From a virus, in IMG/VR virus record IMGVR_UViG_3300042259_000159: a DNA stretch of 64,000 bases; one strand, given 5' to 3'. Under the pieces are notes generated by a model that had not been told where the DNA came from, made no database searches, and saw only the letters and a program-made list of their open reading frames with translations. Numbering within the stretch: the first letter of the stretch is position 1; each line of letters starts with the position of its first letter. Position numbers and translations under genes: made by a program. Shown here one piece after another: positions 58,013 through 64,000 of this stretch.

Positions 58013-58022
58013 CTAAAATCTT

Positions 58023-58109
58023 TGGTGCCCAATGCAGGACTCGAACCTGCACGCCATTTCAGGCAGGAGGGCTTAAACCTCGTGTGTCTACCAATTCCAC
58101 CAATCGGGC
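58023..58109 (-). tRNA. tRNA-Leu (anticodon TAA), type II, CCA encoded
   Basis: Acceptor GCCCGAT/ATTGGGC, anticodon loop TTTAAGC, long variable arm, T-arm GCAGG-TTCGAGT-CCTGC. Confidence 0.65.
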
Positions 58110-58118
58110 TAAAATCTT

Positions 58119-58202
58119 TGGTGCCTCAGACAGGATTCGAACCTGCACGGATCTCTCCACTTGGTCCTAAGCCAAGCGTGTCTGCCATTCCACCACTGAG
58201 GC
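58119..58202 (-). tRNA. tRNA-Leu (anticodon TAG), type II, CCA encoded
   Basis: Acceptor GCCTCAG/CTGAGGC, anticodon stem CTTGG/CCAAG with loop CTTAGGA, long variable arm, T-arm GCAGG-TTCGAAT-CCTGT. Confidence 0.7.
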
Positions 58203-58229
58203 TGAAATTTTAATTAAAGTTTGACATAC

Positions 58230-58640
58230 TCCCCACGGATAAATCCGGGGGATTCTGGATTCAAACAGCAACGGCGGGTGCAAGCACCCTTCTGTCTGTC
58301 ATTGAGGCAGTCGCCTTAGAACCAGCCGCTGCACCGAACTCGCTACCGCTGGGCGCTCTGCAAGAACACACTCCCAGATATGTATGCCAATAGCAATTTT
58401 TGTCATGTTTCATGTTTACCTCCGCTCGCAGGTGAGCTATTCGTTATATGTCGTAAAATTCATGGCTCGTGTATTTGCACGGGATTACCCCATGCAAAAC
58501 GTGCAGGAAGGCAAGCACAGCCTGACGCACGGCCTCCCTTAATGCCTTTTTTGCTACGGCAAAATTCGCCATCATGTGCTTAAAATAGATCATCATATAA
58601 CCAGTCAATCAACCGGATTTGCTATGCTCTCCGGTTATTT
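58230..58640 (+). other. non-coding region with tmRNA-5'-like motif (candidate structured RNA)
   Basis: Plus-strand GGGGGATTCTGGATTCAAAC (about 58247-58266) resembles the conserved 5' end of tmRNA, but no 3' T-arm/CCA partner was found in the next 400 nt. Confidence 0.25.
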
Positions 58641-58646
58641 CGGTCG

Positions 58647-59057
58647 TTAGCCTTCCATCGCCAGCTTGATTGCCCGGCGAACTTTCCCAAAATCGTGAAT
58701 CGAAAACAGGCATCCGCCGAAATTATACCGGCAGACCATCTCCGCATCCAGCCAGCGCAACACCTCCAGCATTTCAGGGGCGGCTGCAATAAGTTTGGCG
58801 TTGGCCTCCATGATTGGCACGCGTCCTTGCACGCCACGGGCAGAGGTTGCACATACCGGGTTGCCGTTGCAATCCTCTACTATCAACCGGCCTTTTCGGT
58901 CCGGCACAACTCCGGCAGTAACCGACCACGGGCCGGGACTATGCACAGGATAATCTTCCCTGTTGTAGGCTGTTTTCCCATCCGTTATAATTGTCGGCGT
59001 TTCGCTATCTTTGCAAACCTTTCCCCGATATGTATTTCCGTCACCGTAGCTATTCAT
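58647..59057 (-). CDS. hypothetical protein
   Basis: Track ORF 136 aa. Confidence 0.45.
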   Translation of the reverse strand: MNSYGDGNTYRGKVCKDSETPTIITDGKTAYNREDYPVHSPGPWSVTAGVVPDRKGRLIVEDCNGNPVCATSARGVQGRVPIMEANAKLIAAAPEMLEVLRWLDAEMVCRYNFGGCLFSIHDFGKVRRAIKLAMEG

Positions 59058-59284
59058 TGGTGTTATCTCCTTCTTCGGCCATTATTCTTAAAAATTCTTC
59101 AAAGTTGTATGCGGCCTTATTCGTCATCTCTATACACCTCCACTTGCTCATGTGATTGTCGGAAACTTTCGGCAACTTTTTCGGCGACATCTTTTGTCAT
59201 TAGGCCAGTCCTATACCACTCTCCGGCTTGTTCGTTAATCCATCTCCAGTATTTCACTCGATAATTAACATTTTTTGGCATTGT

Positions 59285-59551
59285 CTATCTCCTCCGCAAG
59301 TTGCGCTCTCTGGTCAAGCCACCATTTTTTTCTGACACGTCTTTGTCTCTTTCAATCGTGTAGAGAAGGTTTTCGGATTTGTCTATCAATTCCTGTAATT
59401 GATGATATATTTTCCGGTATTCGTCGTGCGAAATATCCAAAAGTTCCCGCATTCCGTCTCTGGTATTCTTAAACAACAAGCAATCTGCATCACCACGAGA
59501 AAGGCCAAGGTTTGCTTCCATATAATTAAACGGGCAAACAGGCTTTTTCAT
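59285..59551 (-). CDS. hypothetical protein
   Basis: Track ORF 88 aa in a run of small co-directional minus-strand ORFs. Confidence 0.35.
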   Translation of the reverse strand: MKKPVCPFNYMEANLGLSRGDADCLLFKNTRDGMRELLDISHDEYRKIYHQLQELIDKSENLLYTIERDKDVSEKNGGLTRERNLRRR

Positions 59552-59808
59552 GTTGTCTCCTTTATTTCTTCAATAAGTGTTTCCAGGTCTGAACACTCCT
59601 GCTCAAGTGCCTTGTGCAGTGCTTTATTCTCATGAGCACCTTGCATTTCCGAGTACAGCCGCCCGAGCAACGATGCTTCCAAGTATGGCAAAACCCTTTT
59701 CAACAGTTCACCTCGCAACAAATTTTCAGTAACCTGCTTTTCTTGGTGGTTCTTCATCAGGCAAGAACCGCAAATAATATTCTCGCTGTGGTTACAGGAC
59801 GTTATCAT
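59548..59808 (-). CDS. hypothetical protein
   Basis: Track ORF 86 aa; start/stop overlap with neighbours. Confidence 0.35.
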   Translation of the reverse strand: MITSCNHSENIICGSCLMKNHQEKQVTENLLRGELLKRVLPYLEASLLGRLYSEMQGAHENKALHKALEQECSDLETLIEEIKETT

Positions 59809-60047
59809 ACAAACCCCTCAAAATAGCATAACGGCAGCCAACCCCGAATAAGGTGCGTGTCGTGACCATCTATCAAGAACCTATCTTCACAACATATCCA
59901 ATCATACTCGCCGTCGTCTTTCGCGTCGTTCTCCGGAGCAACATTAGAAAACCACGCACTACAAACTGTTCCGTCATGCAAAAACAACAATATCTGCTGA
60001 CCGTTTGTCGGTAGTGTTTCCGGGCCATTCAATCGTATTTGATTCAT
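59805..60047 (-). CDS. hypothetical protein
   Basis: Track ORF 80 aa. Confidence 0.35.
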   Translation of the reverse strand: MNQIRLNGPETLPTNGQQILLFLHDGTVCSAWFSNVAPENDAKDDGEYDWICCEDRFLIDGHDTHLIRGWLPLCYFEGFV

Positions 60048-60257
60048 TTACAGTCCTCCAAATGTATTTTCCATTGCCGTAAACCCGCAGCCTTTTCCAT
60101 CTGCAAGCGTTTCAACTGCGGCATTAAAACCACGGACGAACGCCGGTGGCGGGTCCGGTATGTCGTCATCGTCAGTACCCCAATACTTACGCCAGCTATC
60201 CATCATCGTTTTGTTAATCATTTCACTCATCTTCAAAGCCCTCCACGTGCAAATCAT
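60048..60257 (-). CDS. hypothetical protein
   Basis: Track ORF 69 aa. Confidence 0.3.
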   Translation of the reverse strand: MICTWRALKMSEMINKTMMDSWRKYWGTDDDDIPDPPPAFVRGFNAAVETLADGKGCGFTAMENTFGGL

Positions 60258-60713
60258 TGCTCAGATCCAAGTCAACAAACACCTGCGCCGGTTCCTCTTC
60301 CTCGCCGTAATTACCCGATTGCCTGACGGGGCCGGTGAGTATTCTGATGTCTCTTATCATGCATAACAACTGTGATCCGTCGAAAGAGAGATTAAACAGC
60401 TGAGACAGTTATGCAGGCGTTAACGTTCTTATTATATAGCACAGGAGAAACACTTTGTCAAGCTTTTTATAAAACTATTTTAAAAAAGAACTGTTTCGCT
60501 GTACATAATTCTGACTTAAGGCCTAGAACAAATAGTAAAACCGGAGGAGGAGCTTCTTTTCATCTAGGATGTGACTTCCATGTCTGATAGGCTTTCCGGC
60601 GTGTTAAGAAGAATATAACAAACAACACAGGCCTTGTCAAGTGTTTTCTTACATCCCTTATGAGACTCCTTATTGTTTATATCACAACACCCTGCTGTCA
60701 TTGCTTCTTCCTC

Positions 60714-61423
60714 TTAGATAGTAAACAGTTTTTCAACACCTTTCTTGCTTCCCGTGTTCTTTGTCAGGCTGCTTACAATTTCTTTTTTCCAAATGCAAGT
60801 AAAATCTTCTGGAGCATTATATTCTGAAACAAACACCTTATGTCCCTCATTAGCCTTATCTCTGCACCACTGCCAAAACAACTCATGGTCAAAATCATTA
60901 GAGTACTTTGTTGTCCCTGAATAGGGCGGATCACAGTAGATTAAGCTGTTACTGGGGATATGTAGCTCATCATAAGGACAACACAAAAATTCTACATTTT
61001 GAATTAGCGAGGACTGTTTTATTGCTGATTGCTTACTACGTTTTGTTTGTATTATCATGTTTTCAATATCACCTTTTGTTCCTGCTTTGTCCCGCCTATA
61101 CCCCCCAAAAAATTTACCACCAAAAGACATTGAAAATGCTGTAAATCCAGTTAAACCATCAATATTTTTGTGTTTTTTCATTGAATTGTACATATCTTCT
61201 GTAATAATTTCAGGAATACTTTTTGGTGCATCGCGTATAAGTTTTAATGCTTCTATTACATACGGGCTGCAATGGCGGCCCCAATACGATTCCCATCAAC
61301 CTTATCAATCATGTTTCCACCTCCAACAAACGGTTCAACCCACCACTGGTCAGGTTTTCTTTCTGCAAGCATAATTGGGAGGATATACTTTGCTATTCTG
61401 TTTTTACTTCCCATGTATTTCAT
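60714..61423 (-). pseudogene. Dam-like N6-adenine DNA methyltransferase requiring a -1 frameshift
   Basis: N-terminal piece MKYMGSKNRIAKY...EPFVGGGNMIDKV (ATG 61421-61423 after AGGAGG) stops at 61256; the DPPY-containing C-terminal part (track ORF 60714-61193) continues in the -1 frame as ...PYVIEALKLIRD. Frames diverge near a GGGGCC run around 61255-61270. Confidence 0.55.
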
Positions 61424-61772
61424 ACTTACCTCCTGTTTTTGTTTTAGTTGTAAGGTGCTTTTACCTGTCAATATCAAACTACCCCTATTCCCCCTGTTTG
61501 TCAATACCTTATTCTTATCTAAACATAAGATATATATATTATATATATATTCTTTATATAATATAAATATATATACTTTATATATAGTATATTTATATAA
61601 TATATATATGTATATAATATATATACTCCTACTCACTACGAGACACATACATAATATATACATTAACCCTTCCTGCAAAGGAAGCCGTAGGATACCATAA
61701 AAAAGAGATTTTGTCAAGCATTATTTTAAGAAATGTTAAAAATAATTTCCTAACCTAATCTCTATTTTTTAC

Positions 61773-61801
61773 TTGACAAAAAGACTTTATTGTGTTATAA
61801 C
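61773..61801 (+). promoter_or_regulatory. sigma70-like promoter
   Basis: TTGACA, 17 nt spacer, TATAAC; upstream of 61822-62016. Confidence 0.45.
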
Positions 61802-61821
61802 ATAATAGAGGCTAATTTTAT

Positions 61822-62016
61822 ATGGAGGAAAATATGATATACACATACAGGTGTTCAATCTGCAACAAGCTTTTTACCTCGCACGAGGATGTATACGATG
61901 TATACTTAGAAAGCTTTGTTTGTCCTGAATGTCTGCGTGAGGGAAATATCTCCGCTGTCTATGGCGAGGATTTCTTAGATTCGCTGGACATGTTCGACAA
62001 CCCAGAAGATCTTTAA
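61822..62016 (+). CDS. small zinc-ribbon protein
   Basis: Track ORF 64 aa; CSICN...CPEC. Confidence 0.45.
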   Translation: MEENMIYTYRCSICNKLFTSHEDVYDVYLESFVCPECLREGNISAVYGEDFLDSLDMFDNPEDL

Positions 62017-62051
62017 TAAAGTATTTTATCAAAAAATAATTAAATAAAGAC

Positions 62052-62080
62052 TTGACAAATGGTTAAAAGTGTGTTATAAT
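62052..62080 (+). promoter_or_regulatory. sigma70 consensus promoter
   Basis: TTGACA, 17 nt spacer, TATAAT; upstream of 62220-62540. Confidence 0.5.
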
Positions 62081-62219
62081 AGGTTTTGAATTAATAATTA
62101 AAAATGATAATGAATTTCATTGTCTTTTGTAATCTTCTAAGATGTCTTAGATAGGCATCCGAAAAGTATAGGGGAGTTTCCCTCCTTTTCTCCCCTATAA
62201 AATATTAACAGGAGGTAAT

Positions 62220-62540
62220 ATGGCTAGGCCGAAAGGTACAACAAAAGAGGTTCTTATGAACAGGAAGCTTCTTGCACAACTAGACATTATCAAAGAGAAG
62301 GTGTCTGATGATGTTGTAGAGGCTTATGAAACACTGGCCTTCTTGATGAGGGATAAGGCATCCTCTTCAAGTGTAAGAAAGGGTTCAGCGGAACAAATCA
62401 TTGGTCTCCACAAATCTTTTTGCAAGGAAGCAAGCGGTGATGTTGAGGATGTAGAGGAGGTAATGGAAGACGGTAGGACTTCTGGCGGGGGTATGGGTAA
62501 AATACTCAGCCTGAAAATGGTAGGAGGAGGCAATGACTAA
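62220..62540 (+). CDS. hypothetical protein (possible small terminase subunit or first terminase exon)
   Basis: Track ORF 106 aa with RBS aacaggaggt; lies directly upstream of the intron-interrupted large terminase segments. Confidence 0.4.
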   Translation: MARPKGTTKEVLMNRKLLAQLDIIKEKVSDDVVEAYETLAFLMRDKASSSSVRKGSAEQIIGLHKSFCKEASGDVEDVEEVMEDGRTSGGGMGKILSLKMVGGGND

Positions 62541-62759
62541 ACTCGCACCTGCATCAAGAAAGCAAGAAATGATGCTGGGTGCTGATGCCCAAATGACGGT
62601 AATTGGTAGATAACTGCCCTGTACACAGGAAACTGTGTATGTGTATCTCATTAAAACGGGGAACCCTAAGTGTACACGCATAAGGGAATCCCGTGACTAC
62701 GCAAGCCGAAAAAGGAGTAGGCATGAAAAATTTAGGATTTATGGGTTTTGATAAGTGTG

Positions 62760-63037
62760 CGGATATGTTCTGACCTAGAGAAGGGTTTTTCATGCTCTTC
62801 TACTGTAAGGAGGAATAAGGTTGGAACAAGCACGGTACATAGGATCTATAGAAGAAAAACGCATACTTCCATATCTAAGAATTTTTCTTGGGAGTAGTTG
62901 TAACGACTAGTTCATAAGAACGTAAGACACAAGTAGTCCTTAAGTGCAAGGACAAGGTGTTTGAAACATGAGACACTCTAACAAGTAATGTTGAGGGTGA
63001 AGAGATAGTCTGAACTGTATAGAAATATACAGCAGGA
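62760..63037 (+). mobile_element. group I intron core (candidate), copy 1
   Basis: R-like element gtaacgactagttc (62899-62914), S-like element gaagagatagtctgaac (about 62999-63016), P9-like hairpin ctgtatagaaatatacag (63015-63032). Boundaries not determined. Confidence 0.5.
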
Positions 63038-63350
63038 GAACATTTTAATGTTTTTCCGGCAGATGCCTTACGAACATCTGTGAACATTTTGGGTGCCGCA
63101 GGTTCGGGAAAGTCATACATAATGAATATGATACCTTTGAGGTATGTCGATTGCCCCAACTTTAGGGGGATTGTCTTCCGAAGGGAAACGACACAGCTTA
63201 CAGGTGAAGGGGGGATGTGGGATACAGCAACGGAGATATACTCTGAGCTGCCTAAAAATATCAGGCCCAAAATATTGAAACATAACCTGAGAATGATTTT
63301 TCCGAATGGGGCAAAAATTAAGTTTTCACACATGGAAAATGATAATGATT
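63038..63350 (+). CDS. terL: terminase large subunit, exon with Walker A
   Basis: Frame opens after the intron core; Walker A GAAGSGKSY. Exon ends are approximate because the reading frame stays open into the flanking intron sequence. Confidence 0.5.
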
Positions 63351-63585
63351 TCAGGAAACATCAAGGGTTAATTAGTAGCCCCTTGTGTTGGTGACAGCGC
63401 AAGCAAACTAACCTAATTCGGTGGAAGCCCAAACATGTAGGATGTGGGTGATACCGAGCAAGCCACGGCGTGTGTAACGACTAGTTCTTAGGAACGTAGG
63501 CCCAAGCGGGTCGAAACGGTTAGCATCTTATTAAGATGAAGATATAGTCTACTCTGCATGGAAACATGCAGCGGACACTTTATGT
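63350..63585 (+). mobile_element. group I intron core (candidate), copy 2
   Basis: R-like gtaacgactagttc (63474-63487), S-like gaagatatagtctac (about 63537-63551), P9-like hairpin ctgcatggaaacatgcag (63553-63570). Confidence 0.5.
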
Positions 63586-63594
63586 GTCGGGCAG

Positions 63595-63860
63595 ATGTTA
63601 GCGCCATCTGTTGAATATTATGTACAATATACCCTGATATGCTTTGATGAGGCAACACATTTCACTTTCCAACAAGTTGAATACTTAATGTCACGTATGA
63701 GAAGTAAAAGTAAGTATGCTTCTCGTATGGTTCTGTCGTGGATTACGCGACATGTATGGCGAAAGCTGTACTGGCAACTGTGTGAACTCAGGGAAACCTT
63801 AGCTGCTGCAATTGGGCAGAGGAAGAAGGCAATCCTGAGCGAAGCCTTCCCACCGGGAAG
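63595..63860 (+). CDS. terL: terminase large subunit, exon with Walker B
   Basis: Walker B ICFDEATHF shortly after the start of track ORF 63595-63888; 3' boundary approximate. Confidence 0.5.
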
Positions 63861-64000
63861 GAACGTGCAACGACCATCGAAAGCGTAACACCTGTTACAG
63901 TGAGTAGAGTACACCACACATGTGTGGTGGAAGCGCACAGCCCCTAACATGTAACGATGAGGGTGAAGATATGGTCTGAACCTACAGAAATGTAGAAAAA
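63860..64000 (+). mobile_element. group I intron core (candidate), copy 3, running off the window
   Basis: R-like gtgcaacgaccatcga (63864-63879), S-like gaagatatggtctgaac (63965-63981), P9-like hairpin ctacagaaatgtag (63982-63995). Confidence 0.45.

Noticed and set aside
57875-58213. Plus-strand ORF of 112 aa with repeated IPPIGLKSLVP / GFEPAR segments
   Set aside because: It is the antisense translation of two tandem tRNA-Leu genes; the repeats reflect conserved tRNA sequence.
58230-58640. Complete tmRNA (ssrA) gene
   Set aside because: Only the 5' motif matches; no T-arm/acceptor/CCA 3' end or recognisable tag reading frame was found within the expected distance.

Overview
This window reads as a virulent dsDNA phage genome segment with a T7-like replication module: a gp4-like primase-helicase, a family A DNA polymerase, a 5'-3' exonuclease, an SSB with an acidic tail, and an ATP-dependent DNA ligase. 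It also carries nucleotide-metabolism genes (dUTPase, anaerobic RNR NrdD/NrdG, ThyX), a tail fiber gene, and many small early genes behind near-consensus sigma70-type promoters (TTGACA-N15-17-TATAAT). Everything here is from reading the sequence and ORF track by eye; no searches or folding were run, so coordinates of RNA and intron features are approximate. The most interesting content is: (1) a contiguous minus-strand cluster of ATP-grasp, amidoligase-like and two glutamine amidotransferase genes (2094-7815), a candidate metabolite, peptide or nucleic-acid modification system; (2) a minus-strand tRNA array (Leu x3, Thr, Gln, Asn, Pro plus one aberrant tRNA) interrupted by an HNH endonuclease gene and by an IS200/IS605-type tnpB-only element with matching subterminal hairpins; (3) a phage CCA-adding enzyme plus a P-loop kinase and a metallophosphoesterase, suggesting tRNA repair; (4) heavy colonisation by selfish elements: a LAGLIDADG intein in nrdD, group I intron cores in the terminase large-subunit gene, and five homing-endonuclease genes; (5) a DNA-modification module with two beta-class methyltransferases (one broken by an in-frame TGA), a PAPS-reductase-like protein and a frameshifted Dam-like methyltransferase; (6) iteron-like and palindromic repeat arrays in non-coding regions.
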